The notes under the pieces: generated by a model
Databases searched by the model: none
The model's input: the letters and a program-made list of their open reading frames with translations, nothing else
What the model was told of the DNA's origin: nothing
Origin: an uncultured Desulfobacterales bacterium
Lineage (GTDB): Bacteria; Desulfobacterota; Desulfobacteria; Desulfobacterales; Desulfobacteraceae
Reading direction: 5' to 3'
DNA length: 64,000 nucleotides
Assembly: GCA_964565415.1 (NCBI GenBank)
Contig: CAZMEX010000005.1
Location: 21,442-85,441, forward strand
In this document: positions 26,173 through 36,976 of the stretch, in pieces
How positions within the stretch are numbered: the first letter of the stretch is position 1
Layout of the letters: each line of letters begins with the position of its first letter
Made by a program: the position numbers and the translations under genes

Positions 26173-27270
26173 TCAAGGAGCAAGGGAATCAAATATCAAG
26201 TTCCCATCAAAATCAAAAATAATTGAGCGGACAGAGAGTTTATTTTCAGCAAAGTTTTCTCCATTGGCAACAATTTTTTTACCCACATGGGAAACCAAAT
26301 CTGGAAACTTGGGATATATAAAAGAAAATGCATGTCTTGCAGTGTTGGCACTTTTGATTTTTCTCACAAGGGTTGGATCTGAAGTTATTGTCTTAGCCCA
26401 CCCTGCAAGCTTTTCCATGGAAAGATTTGATTTTGCAGCATGTGTATGTTCAAATCCCATTGCCATTTTTACAGCTTTTCCAAAAAAAACTGTGATTATT
26501 AAATTTTGAATTTTTGAATTTTTAACAGCTTGATCAATGGAAGCCTTAAAGAAGTCACCTGTCTGGACAAAGCACTCTTCAAAAAAATCAGGAAAAAGAT
26601 CCATGGCAAATCTTTCGCTTCTTCTTCCCGTGGTATACACCAAAGTTGTTCCCCCCTTGGCAGCAGCAATATTTACACCTGCCTTAATGGTTGCAATATA
26701 AGCATCATGGGACATGGGAGTAACAATACCAGTGGTTCCAAGGATTGAAATACCGCCAATAATGCCAAGCCTTGCATTTAAGGTCTTTTTTGCAAGCTCC
26801 TCACCCCGGGGAACAAACACCTCTATAACAAGATTATTAGATCTTGTTATAGAGAGATTATCAAAAACATAATCAATGGATTCTCGAATCATTGCCCGGG
26901 GACCTGGGTTTATGGCAAACTCTCCAACAGTAAGCTCTAATCCAGGCTTTGTAACTTTGCCAACACCAACTCCACCCTTAATTGTAATATCATGACCTTT
27001 GGTTTTTAATAATGTTATTTTTACTCCGATTTGCGCTTTATGTGTAATGTCTGGATCATCACCTGCATCCTTAACTACAAGGCATTGGACTTGATTATCA
27101 GTTAATTGCCTGATGTCAAATATATCTATAAATCTTTGTTCACCTGTTAAAAACCTTATTTTTACTTTGCTCTTTTTTTCCTTGCCCAATAAAAAATAGA
27201 GGGCTGCTTTTGTGGCAGCAGCAGCAGAAGCACCGGTTGTAAAACCTTTTTTTAAAGGCTTGTCAGACAT
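26173..27270 (-). CDS. cbiD: Cobalt-precorrin-5B (C1)-methyltransferase
   Basis: LKKGFTTGASAAAATKAA N-terminus and GTTGIVTPMS motif. 365 aa. Confidence 0.9.
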   Translation of the reverse strand: MSDKPLKKGFTTGASAAAATKAALYFLLGKEKKSKVKIRFLTGEQRFIDIFDIRQLTDNQVQCLVVKDAGDDPDITHKAQIGVKITLLKTKGHDITIKGGVGVGKVTKPGLELTVGEFAINPGPRAMIRESIDYVFDNLSITRSNNLVIEVFVPRGEELAKKTLNARLGIIGGISILGTTGIVTPMSHDAYIATIKAGVNIAAAKGGTTLVYTTGRRSERFAMDLFPDFFEECFVQTGDFFKASIDQAVKNSKIQNLIITVFFGKAVKMAMGFEHTHAAKSNLSMEKLAGWAKTITSDPTLVRKIKSANTARHAFSFIYPKFPDLVSHVGKKIVANGENFAENKLSVRSIIFDFDGNLIFDSLAP

Positions 27271-27314
27271 TGAATCTTACCTTTTTGCTTTTTAATTGTG
27301 TATTTTATAACTAT

Positions 27315-28715
27315 TTACTCCATGCTCTTATACTTGAGACATGCCTTAACAAAGCTTTTTGCACAGTTCTCATTGCTTCCAAAATGAATATGAAAATAAC
27401 TTGCTAAAGTATTATTTTTTAAAAAGCCGGATAGGTCCACGGTTTTACCATCTCTCTTTGTAACATTGTAAATATCTTTAATATCATTATCCAAAAAAGT
27501 TTTCTTTGACATATCTTCCAGAAGAGTTGAATAATGATACTCATGTCCTCTTAAAACAGCGCCTTTACTCCCAATTAAGGAATTCTGTTTAAGCGTGATT
27601 TCTCGATACCCAAGAGATCTTAATCTGGATGACACCTTAACTGAAAAATTAAAGCAGCCGGTCATGGGATATGTTTTTTTACCATTTTCATCTGTCATAA
27701 AAGAACAAAGATACATAAATCCTCCGCACTCTCCATATATGGGCATATTGCCATGACTTTCTGCATTAATATCTTTTAAAAGGGAGATATTGCAGGAGAG
27801 CTCATTGGCAAAAAGCTCAGGATATCCTCCGCCAAAATAGAGACCATGCAGGTTATCAGGAAGATGTGTATCAGTTAAAGGAGAAAATTCAACAATTTTC
27901 GCACCGCTTTTTTTTAACAGCTCAATATTGTCTTTATAATAAAAGCAGAAAGCTTTATCCCTTGCAACTCCAATGTTAACCACCTCTTTATCCCTGGTAC
28001 CTTCATCTGAAACGTGATAATGGTTATTGGAAAAAGGTGCTAGTTTATGGATAAAATCTTTAAAAGATGTATTTTTATCAATCATTGTTACAAGCAGAGA
28101 AAGTGTTTCATCAGACATGGTAAACTCTTCTGCTGTAACAAGTCCCAAGTGCCTGTCAGGAAGAGATATTTTCTCATTTCTTAAAATATAACCCAAAGAT
28201 TCTGTTTTGCAATTATCTTTTACTGCATCTTTCAAATACCTATAATGATTTGGACTTCCAACACGATTAAAAATAATACCGGCAATATTCAAATTTTTAT
28301 CAAAGTTTTCAAACCCCTGTACAATGGCAGCAACACTTCTTGCCATACTTCTTGCATCAAGAATCAGAACAACAGGAAGATTGAGCCATTTTGCCATTTG
28401 CGCTGTTGATCCTGCCTCTGATGTACCGCTGATACCGTCAAAAAGCCCCATCACGCCCTCGACCACAGCAATATCACAATTGAGAGAACTTTTTTGAAAA
28501 TTTTCTATATTATAATTTTTTGAAAGCATCCAGGAATCCAGATTAATGCTGGTTTTGCCACATATTTTTGTATGGTGACCAGGATCAATAAAATCAGGCC
28601 CTATTTTAAAAGGTGCAACTTTATATCCCAAGTGGGAAAGATATTTCATTATACCAAGGGATAGAGTTGTTTTGCCGGAGTTACTCCCGATTCCTGCTAT
28701 TACAAAACCTTTAAT
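27315..28715 (-). CDS. cbiA: Cobyrinic acid a,c-diamide synthase (probable non-canonical ATT start)
   Basis: FKIGPDFIDPGHH and GECGGFMYL (GATase Cys). The P-loop IAGIGSNSGKTT is encoded in frame upstream of the first ATG (28649). AGGAGG lies 5 nt upstream of the ATT at 28715. Confidence 0.85.
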   Translation of the reverse strand: MKGFVIAGIGSNSGKTTLSLGIMKYLSHLGYKVAPFKIGPDFIDPGHHTKICGKTSINLDSWMLSKNYNIENFQKSSLNCDIAVVEGVMGLFDGISGTSEAGSTAQMAKWLNLPVVLILDARSMARSVAAIVQGFENFDKNLNIAGIIFNRVGSPNHYRYLKDAVKDNCKTESLGYILRNEKISLPDRHLGLVTAEEFTMSDETLSLLVTMIDKNTSFKDFIHKLAPFSNNHYHVSDEGTRDKEVVNIGVARDKAFCFYYKDNIELLKKSGAKIVEFSPLTDTHLPDNLHGLYFGGGYPELFANELSCNISLLKDINAESHGNMPIYGECGGFMYLCSFMTDENGKKTYPMTGCFNFSVKVSSRLRSLGYREITLKQNSLIGSKGAVLRGHEYHYSTLLEDMSKKTFLDNDIKDIYNVTKRDGKTVDLSGFLKNNTLASYFHIHFGSNENCAKSFVKACLKYKSME

Positions 28716-28736
28716 AATTGCCTCCTGAACAGCTTC

Positions 28737-29330
28737 TTATGCATTGTTTTCAGCCAAAACAGTAAGGGCATTCACAACACTTGCTGCAATGTTTGACCCA
28801 CCTTTTCTACCCACATTGGAAATATATGGAAAATCCAACTCAATAAGGTCATGCTTGGATTCTGCGGCATTAACAAACCCCACGGGAAATCCAATTATCA
28901 ATGCAGGTTTGGCTTTTCCCATTTTTACAAGCTCAATTAAGCGCAACAAAGCTGTGGGTGCATTTCCAATAACATAAATAGCATTGTCCATCAAATCTGA
29001 CGCTTTATCAACAGCAGCTTCAGCCCGGGTCAGATTTTTATCAAAAGCTTCTCTTACAACTGCTTCATCTTTTATAAAGCAGTGAGCCGGTTTACGAATT
29101 CCAGCCCTTGCCATATTTGTATCTGTAAAAATAGAGCATCCATTTTTTAAAGCTCTAATTGCTGCATCAATTGCATTTTTATGGAATCTTATGGTCTTAA
29201 TATATTCAAAATCAGCTGAGGTGTGAATCATTCGCCTTACTATGGGCCATTCTAAAGAGCTAAATCCGTGATCACCCGCTTCTTTATCAATAATTTGAAA
29301 ACTTAACTTTTCAATATTTTCAGGTTTCAT
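28737..29330 (-). CDS. cbiC: Cobalt-precorrin-8 methylmutase
   Basis: MIHTSADFE and VIGNAPTAL motifs. 197 aa. Confidence 0.9.
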   Translation of the reverse strand: MKPENIEKLSFQIIDKEAGDHGFSSLEWPIVRRMIHTSADFEYIKTIRFHKNAIDAAIRALKNGCSIFTDTNMARAGIRKPAHCFIKDEAVVREAFDKNLTRAEAAVDKASDLMDNAIYVIGNAPTALLRLIELVKMGKAKPALIIGFPVGFVNAAESKHDLIELDFPYISNVGRKGGSNIAASVVNALTVLAENNA

Positions 29331-29476
29331 ATATATTTATCCTTTTTTAATTATCCAGATATTTTATTTACCATGCTTTTATTTGATATCATTGTTCCAC
29401 CATTACTTGCAACAGATCACTCTCTTATTTATCTTGAATTTAAACAAATTTAAGATTATGTTTACAAAACAGATAA

Positions 29477-32428
29477 ATGGATTTTAAGATGACAAAACAG
29501 ATATATACTAAAACAGTTGACAAAATCTTTCCAACGCTTGAAGCTTATCATAAAGACAACATTTTATCAAAAATAACAAAAATTCATAACCACGCTGCAA
29601 CCTTACAAATAGCTCTGCCTGAAAGTTCAGATTTTATTAAAGAATTTGTACAGGCAATATTTTTCAGTGAATTTATTGAATCTTCCCTTACAAGATACCC
29701 GGATATTTTAGAAGATCTTATAAATTCAGGCGACCTTGAAAAAACATATACAGAAGATGAAGTTTTTGTCAAAATTGATGGTTCAATCAAAAATTTATCC
29801 AGTAAAGCCAATGAACCCAGTGAAGCCAAAGTCCAACATGCTGTGGTTAAAACAAAACTTCGTGAAATGATCAGAATAGCATGGAGGGACTTAAATCAAA
29901 AAGCCAGCCTCAATGAAACTTTAACTGATTTATCTTTACTTGCAGATGCTTGTATTGAAACGGTTTTCTCCCATATTTACAAGGAGTTATCCTCAACCCA
30001 TGGAACCCCAACAGATGCACAGGGAAAAAGGCAAAACCTGATAGTATTTGGAATGGGAAAGCTTGGTGCAAAAGAGTTAAACTTTTCATCAGATATTGAT
30101 CTGATTTTTGTTTATCCAAAACATGGATATACTGATAGGGAAAAGAGTATTTCCAACGAAGAATTTTTTACAAAGATGTGTAGAAAATTTATAAAATTTT
30201 TAAGCTCAAACAGGGATGGACTGAATTTTTACAGGGTGGATACCAGACTTAGACCCTTTGGAGCAACAGGACCCCTGGTTATGACATGCCAGGAGTTTGA
30301 AGAGTACTACGAGGCACAGGGCAGAGAGTGGGAAAGATATGCCTTTATAAAAACAAGACCCGTGGCAGGAGACTTAAAGGGCGGGTATAAACTTTTAAAG
30401 GATTTAAATTCATTCATCTACAGGCGGTATTTTGATTATGGAACTTTTGACTCTTTTAAGGATATGAAAACAAGAATCTCTCTGCAGACAAAAAACAGAA
30501 ATCTAAAGACAAATATTAAATCAGGTCCCGGCGGAATAAGAGAGATTGAATTTTTTGGACAGGTTTTCCAGCTCATACGGGGAGGGATTGAACCTGAACT
30601 CCAGACGAGAAAGATATTAAAGGTTCTTGGTCTTTTAGTGAAATATTCATGCATTGACCAGAAAACTGAAGAAGATTTGACCAGGGCATATTTTTTTTTA
30701 AGAATGGTTGAAAATCGCCTCCAGGAGTATCAGGATTTACAAACCCATGATCTTCCGGAAAACAGTGGGGCAAAATTAAGAGTGGCGCTCTCCATGGGCT
30801 TTGCTTCCCATGAAGAGTTTATAACAATTCTTGATAAACATAGAGATACGGTTCATCAGCACTTCACAGACCTTCTTGTATCAGAAGAAGATGAAATAGA
30901 TGATAAGGAAATAGAAGGTTATAAGCAATTATGGCTAAATATTAATGATGCCCAGTCAATAATTGAAACTAAAGTAATCTCAGGCTATGGCAATATTGAT
31001 AGTGTGGCTAAGCTTTTGCAAGGACTTAAAGAGCATCCTAAAACTCAAAGGCTTGCTGTGAGCGGAAGAAAACGCCTAAACAGATTAATCCCCCTGGTTT
31101 TACAAAAAGCAAGTAAATGTCAAGATCCTGACACTGCATTAATGCGCCTTATTGAGATGATAATAACAATAGAATCAAGAGCATGCTATATATCTCTGCT
31201 TTTAGAAAACAAAGGTGCATTGCACACTCTATCTGTTTTGGCAGAAAAAAGCCCCTGGATTATCTCGTTTCTTTCAAAACATCCGGCTTTACTGGATGAA
31301 TTGCTTGATCCTAAAACCCTTTACTCCCCTCCTGAAAAAAAAGAGCTGGAGGATTTGCTTAAAAGGCGAATGTCAAAAATTGATGAAAATGATATTGAAT
31401 TTCAACTGGAAGAGTTGTCAGTTTTTAAACAGACAAACACATTAAGGGTTGCTTCAGCTGACATAAGTAAAAATTATCCTTTAATGAAAGTAAGTGACAA
31501 ACTGACATATATAGCTGAAACAGTGCTGGATAAAGTTCTTGAAATTTCCTGGAACACGGTTGTAAAAAAATATGGGGTACCAGGAAGAGCAGATGATGGT
31601 GCAATAGATGAAGCCCATGACCAACAGATAGAATCGTGCGGCTTTGCAATTGTTACATATGGCAAAGTTGGCGGCTTGGAAACAGGTTATAAATCAGACC
31701 TGGATTTAATATTTATCTGTTTAGACGATGCCGGGGTAACAAAGCATGCAAAAAGAAGTATTGAAAACATTGCGTTTTATTCAATCCTAAGCCAGAGAAT
31801 AATAAGTGCCCTTACAATGCATACCCCGGCAGGTCAACTCTATGGTGCTGATATGAGATTAAGACCCGGGGGGCAGAGCGGAATGATTGTAACCACTGTT
31901 GATGCTTTAAAGGATTACTTTGAAACTAAGGCATGGACCTGGGAACATCAGGCATTGATAAGGGCAAGGGCAGTAAGCGGAGATAAAGAGATTCAAACAA
32001 GGTTCAATAAAATAAGAGAAGGAGTTATAAGAAAAAAAAGGGATTTAAAAACCTTAAAAACCGATGTGCTTGATATGCGCAACCGTATGAAAAAAGAACA
32101 TCTTAAAACAAAAAAGGGATTTTTTGACATAAAACAGGGCAGTGGTGGAATTATAGATATTGAATTTTTAGTGCAATACCTTATTTTAAAAAACAGTTAT
32201 TCCCATCCTGGCTTAACATTATGGACAGATAATGTACGTCTGCTTGAAACCCTTGCCCAAGAGAAAATTATACAGCAAAAAGAGTGTGAGGCGATACAAA
32301 AAGCATATCTTGTAATGAGAAAAGCAATCCATAGACTCAACCTTCAGGAGAAGGAGTTGTTATTGCCAATAACCCAATTTTCCGACTTAAAAAACCATGT
32401 GGTTACAGCATACAATAAATATTTTTAA
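29477..32428 (+). CDS. glnE: Bifunctional glutamine synthetase adenylyltransferase / adenylyl-removing enzyme
   Basis: Two nucleotidyltransferase cores, GMGKLGAKELNFSSDIDLIF and YGKVGGLETGYKSDLDLIF. 983 aa. Confidence 0.9.
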   Translation: MDFKMTKQIYTKTVDKIFPTLEAYHKDNILSKITKIHNHAATLQIALPESSDFIKEFVQAIFFSEFIESSLTRYPDILEDLINSGDLEKTYTEDEVFVKIDGSIKNLSSKANEPSEAKVQHAVVKTKLREMIRIAWRDLNQKASLNETLTDLSLLADACIETVFSHIYKELSSTHGTPTDAQGKRQNLIVFGMGKLGAKELNFSSDIDLIFVYPKHGYTDREKSISNEEFFTKMCRKFIKFLSSNRDGLNFYRVDTRLRPFGATGPLVMTCQEFEEYYEAQGREWERYAFIKTRPVAGDLKGGYKLLKDLNSFIYRRYFDYGTFDSFKDMKTRISLQTKNRNLKTNIKSGPGGIREIEFFGQVFQLIRGGIEPELQTRKILKVLGLLVKYSCIDQKTEEDLTRAYFFLRMVENRLQEYQDLQTHDLPENSGAKLRVALSMGFASHEEFITILDKHRDTVHQHFTDLLVSEEDEIDDKEIEGYKQLWLNINDAQSIIETKVISGYGNIDSVAKLLQGLKEHPKTQRLAVSGRKRLNRLIPLVLQKASKCQDPDTALMRLIEMIITIESRACYISLLLENKGALHTLSVLAEKSPWIISFLSKHPALLDELLDPKTLYSPPEKKELEDLLKRRMSKIDENDIEFQLEELSVFKQTNTLRVASADISKNYPLMKVSDKLTYIAETVLDKVLEISWNTVVKKYGVPGRADDGAIDEAHDQQIESCGFAIVTYGKVGGLETGYKSDLDLIFICLDDAGVTKHAKRSIENIAFYSILSQRIISALTMHTPAGQLYGADMRLRPGGQSGMIVTTVDALKDYFETKAWTWEHQALIRARAVSGDKEIQTRFNKIREGVIRKKRDLKTLKTDVLDMRNRMKKEHLKTKKGFFDIKQGSGGIIDIEFLVQYLILKNSYSHPGLTLWTDNVRLLETLAQEKIIQQKECEAIQKAYLVMRKAIHRLNLQEKELLLPITQFSDLKNHVVTAYNKYF

Positions 32429-33672
32429 TCTGTTTTTGGTATTTTTCCCGCTGCCATAATCATTGCAGCAGGAGCTAACCCTGCATAGTAACTTAAATCA
32501 CACGGCTCTGTTATATCCCATGCAACCAGGTCTGCATCTTTGCCAACTTCCAGGGTTCCCTTTTTGTTTTCAAGTCCTAAAGCTTTTGCACCATTTATGG
32601 TTGCACCCAAAAGAGCTTCTCCAGGGGTAAGAGAAAACAATACACATGCCATGTTCATGGCAAGGGGCAGTGACAACACAGGGCTTGAGCCTGGATTCAT
32701 GTCTGTTGACACTGCCATGGCAATATCAAGCTCTCTTAAAAGTTTAATGGGTGGTTTTTGTTTCTCTTTTAAATAGTAAAATGCTCCGGGTAAAAGCACT
32801 GCTGTAACACTGTTTTCTGCCATTTCTTCAAGGCTTGATCTTGAAACATATTCAAGATGATCACAGGACAATGCGCCATATCGGGCTGCCATTAAGGCTC
32901 CTTTAGAATCTGAAAGCTGCTCCGCATGGAGTTTTAGATCAAAACCCAGCTCTTTTGCTTTTTGAAAAACCTTTTGGGTTTGTTTCAGGGAGAATCCAAT
33001 GGTTTCACAAAAAGCATCAACGCTTGTTGCAATTCCCTGATTTTTCACTTCAGGCAACACTTGAGTTACTAAAAAATCTATATAATCATCTGGTCTGCCT
33101 TTAAATTCCAAAGGCAGAGCATGGGCACCAAGAAAAGTAGCCTTAATTGCCGCAGGATGGGATTCATCAATTTTTTTAATAACCTCAAGCATTTTAAGTT
33201 CGGTTTCAAGGTCAAGCCCGTATCCTGATTTGATTTCAATGGTTGTTGCGCCTTGATAAAAAAGAGAGTTCACCCTTTTTAATGCATTTTCATAAAGAGT
33301 ATCAATTGATTCTTTCCGGGTATGTTTTACAGTAGAGAGAATACCTCCACCCATTGTTGCAATCTTCTCATAACTTATACCGGAAAGTTTCATTTCAAAC
33401 TCTTTGGCTCTTGAACCTCCGTACAGTAAATGAGTATGACACTCCACAAGACCTGGTAAAATCCATTTTCCCTGCATATCATGAATATTTACAGCTCTTT
33501 TTTCCCAATCACTTATTAGGTTCTTCCTTTTACCTGCAAAACATATTTTTTTTCCAGCAACACCAACAGCACCATCAAAAACTGAACCATAGCCATTATT
33601 GGTCATGGTTGCAATATTACAATGGATAAAAAGATGGTCGATTTTTTCCGGAAAAGAATTCTTGCTCCCCAT
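32425..33672 (-). CDS. hutI: Imidazolonepropionase
   Basis: VECHTHL, DAFCE, LHAEQLS and VGKDADLV amidohydrolase motifs. Adjacent to hutU. Confidence 0.9.
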   Translation of the reverse strand: MGSKNSFPEKIDHLFIHCNIATMTNNGYGSVFDGAVGVAGKKICFAGKRKNLISDWEKRAVNIHDMQGKWILPGLVECHTHLLYGGSRAKEFEMKLSGISYEKIATMGGGILSTVKHTRKESIDTLYENALKRVNSLFYQGATTIEIKSGYGLDLETELKMLEVIKKIDESHPAAIKATFLGAHALPLEFKGRPDDYIDFLVTQVLPEVKNQGIATSVDAFCETIGFSLKQTQKVFQKAKELGFDLKLHAEQLSDSKGALMAARYGALSCDHLEYVSRSSLEEMAENSVTAVLLPGAFYYLKEKQKPPIKLLRELDIAMAVSTDMNPGSSPVLSLPLAMNMACVLFSLTPGEALLGATINGAKALGLENKKGTLEVGKDADLVAWDITEPCDLSYYAGLAPAAMIMAAGKIPKTD

Positions 33673-33732
33673 TTTCTGCTCCTCCTGTTCTATCCTCTGT
33701 TTTCTACTCCCTGATAGTATAAACTCGCCTGT

Positions 33733-35724
33733 TTATTGTTTAACTATCTTATCAATAAGATCATTATTGGGAATATATGGCAATGTAATATGGTCGTCCA
33801 TGTTCTTCTCATTATATTCAGCACATGTTTTAATGGAGTTTTCACAGCGTGCCCATGCTCTTCTTGCAACACCGCCCATGACATCCCAGTTCATGGCGCT
33901 CTTAATAATTTCATCAATGCGCCCACTTCCATCAAGAACAAGTCCAAATCCTCCATTGATTGCTCTTCCTATACCAACTCCACCGCCATTGTGGAGAGAT
34001 ACAAGACTCATACCCCTTGCAGCATTACCAGCATAGCACTGGGTTGCCATATCAGCCATGATATTAGAACCATCTTTAATGTTTGCAGTTTCCCGGAAAG
34101 GCGAATCTGTGCCTCCTGTGTCGTGGTGATCTCTTCCCAGCATAATCGGTCCAATTTTCCTGTCTCGTACCATCTTGTTAAATTTCAAGGCAATCTTAAT
34201 TCTACCTTCGGTATCCTGATAAAGGATTCTTGCCTGGGTGCCGACAACAAGCTTGTTTTTCTTAGCATCCCTTATCCAGATATAATTATCCCTATCCTGA
34301 AATCTTCTGTCAGGATCAATACACTCCATGGCAGCCAAATCAGTTGCATCAAGATCATCTGTTTTACCGCTCAAACAAACCCATCTGAAAGGTCCATAGC
34401 CATAATCAAATAAAAGAGGTCCCATAATATCTTCCACATAGGAAGGAAAAACAAATCCTTCATTTGTATTTTTACCATTTTTACAAATATCTACAATACC
34501 AGTGTCATAGACCGCTTTAAGAAAGTTGTTTCCATAATCAAAAAAATAGGTCCCATTATCAACAAGTTTTTTAATGAGCTCATAATGTTTTTTTAAAGAT
34601 GCGTTGACAAGGTTGACAAATTTACCATGATCATCTGTCAGAAGATTTGTTCTCTCTTCAAAATCAAGCCCCTGGGGACAATAACCTCCATCATAAACAA
34701 CATGACAGGAAGTTTGATCACTTAAAAGCTCTATTTTTATGCTGTTATTCACACCATATTCCAGTAGATCCACAATATTGCCGTGGAATGCAATTGCAGC
34801 CCCTTTCTTCTCCTTTTTATATTGTGCTGCAAGCTCAAAAGCCTTACCCGGCTCTTTAACAATTTCGCTGACCCAACCCTGATTATATCGCGTCTCTATT
34901 CTTGACAAATCAACTTCTGCGAATATACCTACACCATGGGCTATTTCAACTGCTTTTCCCTGGGCACCACTCATTCCTCCCAATCCAGAACTTACGAAAA
35001 GAACACCCTTCATATCTTTTTTGTTTTCTTTTTTTGAAACCATACGTGCTGCATTTAAAAGCGTGTTGTAAGTGCCATGCACAATGCCCTGGGGACCTAT
35101 ATACATCCACCCCCCGGCTGTCATCTGACCATAGTTGGCAACCCCAATGGCAGCAGCCCGGTTAAAATCTTCATTATTATCAAAAATACCTACCATTAAT
35201 GCATTGGACATTATAACCCTGGGTGCACCAGGGGATGATTTAAAAAGCCCCAGGGGATGCCCTGATTCAACAACAAGTGTAACATTTTGGGTTAATTGTT
35301 CCAGATAAGCTTTGATAAGCCAGTACTGCATCCAGTTCTGGCACACTTGACCAGTTTCGCCATAGGTCACAAGTTCGTAAGGATATAGAGCTACTTCAAA
35401 GTCAAGATTATTGTCGATCATTGTCTGAAATGCTTTTCCTTCTATACATTTTGACTTGTATTGATCAAGGGGCAACCCTGTAATCTTTCCAACAGGTCTG
35501 AACCTGTATCCATAGATGCGCCCCTTTGTATCAAGCTCTTTCATAAACTCTGGTGCCATGGTTTCATGCCATTTTTCAGGTATATATCTCAAGGCATTTT
35601 TAAGGGCAAGCTTTCTATCTTCATGGGAAAGTTCAGAATGCCTTTTAGGTGCCCTGCGCATCTCTTTGATAAACTCTTTTTTACCAGGAAGTGTTTCAAA
35701 TATATTTTCAAGTGTAATATTCAT
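33733..35724 (-). CDS. hutU: Urocanate hydratase (long form, 663 aa)
   Basis: GGWMYIGPQGIVHGTY, GLGGMSGAQ and LHNGGGVGIG motifs. Confidence 0.92.
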   Translation of the reverse strand: MNITLENIFETLPGKKEFIKEMRRAPKRHSELSHEDRKLALKNALRYIPEKWHETMAPEFMKELDTKGRIYGYRFRPVGKITGLPLDQYKSKCIEGKAFQTMIDNNLDFEVALYPYELVTYGETGQVCQNWMQYWLIKAYLEQLTQNVTLVVESGHPLGLFKSSPGAPRVIMSNALMVGIFDNNEDFNRAAAIGVANYGQMTAGGWMYIGPQGIVHGTYNTLLNAARMVSKKENKKDMKGVLFVSSGLGGMSGAQGKAVEIAHGVGIFAEVDLSRIETRYNQGWVSEIVKEPGKAFELAAQYKKEKKGAAIAFHGNIVDLLEYGVNNSIKIELLSDQTSCHVVYDGGYCPQGLDFEERTNLLTDDHGKFVNLVNASLKKHYELIKKLVDNGTYFFDYGNNFLKAVYDTGIVDICKNGKNTNEGFVFPSYVEDIMGPLLFDYGYGPFRWVCLSGKTDDLDATDLAAMECIDPDRRFQDRDNYIWIRDAKKNKLVVGTQARILYQDTEGRIKIALKFNKMVRDRKIGPIMLGRDHHDTGGTDSPFRETANIKDGSNIMADMATQCYAGNAARGMSLVSLHNGGGVGIGRAINGGFGLVLDGSGRIDEIIKSAMNWDVMGGVARRAWARCENSIKTCAEYNEKNMDDHITLPYIPNNDLIDKIVKQ

Positions 35725-35995
35725 TTTTAAATCTCCTCTGTCAAACAGTAGTATATGCTAAACAATAAAGCTCTTATGGTTGTATATACAACTAATAAAT
35801 AAATGTCAATGAAAAAGATTTTGTACTTTCACCTGATTGTAAGTTACCTTTTTCGTAAATCGTAACGAAATTTGTTTTTTTTCTTGACTTACCTGCGAAT
35901 TCAATGCAGACTTAATCTTAATAATAACAAAATTATTTTTCTGCTATTTTCAAAGCATGCGCAGGCAAAACTGATTTCCAGCTTAAGGAGACAAA

Positions 35996-36340
35996 ATGGG
36001 CGGTAAAAACATCATAGATATTGATGAACTAAAAGAGATTATGGATAATGATATGGAGCTTATTCAGGAGTGTTTTGATGAGTTCTGCGAGGAGTGGTCT
36101 GAAGCGTTTGGAGATGTTGCAAGGGCTGTAAATGAAAAAGATGCGTCAAGGCTTGACGAAACAGCCCACAAGCTCAAAGGAACACTGCGCTATCTAGCTG
36201 CTGACCAAGCCCAGCAGGCAGCCTATGAACTGGAGGCTGCAGGTAAAGCAAAAAAACTTGATGGTATTGATAGTAAACTTGCTGTTTTAGAAAAAAAGGG
36301 TCTTGAAGTTATAGAGTATATAAAAAATTTCAGCGAATAA
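35996..36340 (+). CDS. Hpt (histidine phosphotransfer) domain protein
   Basis: AHKLKGTLRYLAA phospho-His motif in a 114-aa helical protein. AAGGAG RBS. Confidence 0.7.
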   Translation: MGGKNIIDIDELKEIMDNDMELIQECFDEFCEEWSEAFGDVARAVNEKDASRLDETAHKLKGTLRYLAADQAQQAAYELEAAGKAKKLDGIDSKLAVLEKKGLEVIEYIKNFSE

Positions 36341-36361
36341 TTATTCTTGGAGGAGAATGTC

Positions 36362-36838
36362 ATGCCAAACAATAAAATAGAAGATTATAAACAATATCAA
36401 AATATTTCCATTCTTTTTGTTGATGATGATAAAATGGCACAAAAACTTATGTCCAAATTCCTGAAAGAGTGGAATATTTATTGTGCATCATCGGGTCAGG
36501 AGGCATTGGAAACAATGGAAGAAAAAACCTATGCTGTTGTGCTTTTAGACTATCAAATGCCGGGAATGAACGGAATAGAACTTTTAAGAAGAATTAAAAA
36601 AAGACACAGTATGGTCCAGGTGATCATGATCACGGGCTCTGATGAGCTCAACACATTAATTGAAAGCTTGTCCCACGGTGCAGATGATTTTATTCTCAAG
36701 CCTGTGAAAAAAGAGACCTTGTTCAAAGTTCTTGGAAATACGTGTGACAAAATAACTCGATGGACAGGTGTTATGAAAACCCTCTACAAGAAAAAAAAAG
36801 AGAGAAAGCAGGAAGAAGATGCCTTATCAAAAAAATAG
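36362..36838 (+). CDS. Stand-alone response-regulator receiver protein
   Basis: ILFVDDD, VLLDYQMPGMNG and VIMITG. I preferred the ATG at 36362, preceded by GGAGGAG, over the TTG at 36347. Confidence 0.8.
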   Translation: MPNNKIEDYKQYQNISILFVDDDKMAQKLMSKFLKEWNIYCASSGQEALETMEEKTYAVVLLDYQMPGMNGIELLRRIKKRHSMVQVIMITGSDELNTLIESLSHGADDFILKPVKKETLFKVLGNTCDKITRWTGVMKTLYKKKKERKQEEDALSKK

Positions 36839-36976
36839 CAGTTTTCTAAAAACAGACTTTGATTGACTCCCCCTATATTGTCTGCAAAAGGTTTATTACT
36901 ATTGACCCCTCCATAAAAAAAGCTATATAATAGCATCAAAAAATTAAGCTATAACCTGAAGCAAGGATTTAAAACA

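Noticed and set aside
32425-32428. glnE and hutI convergent stop codons overlap in TTAA
   Set aside because: This is real in the sequence, but it is a common compact-genome arrangement. There is no evidence of regulatory significance.
33736-34413. 225-aa plus-strand ORF (and 33599-34036) opposite hutU
   Set aside because: hutU on the minus strand has unmistakable urocanase motifs. The plus-strand ORFs are shadow frames.
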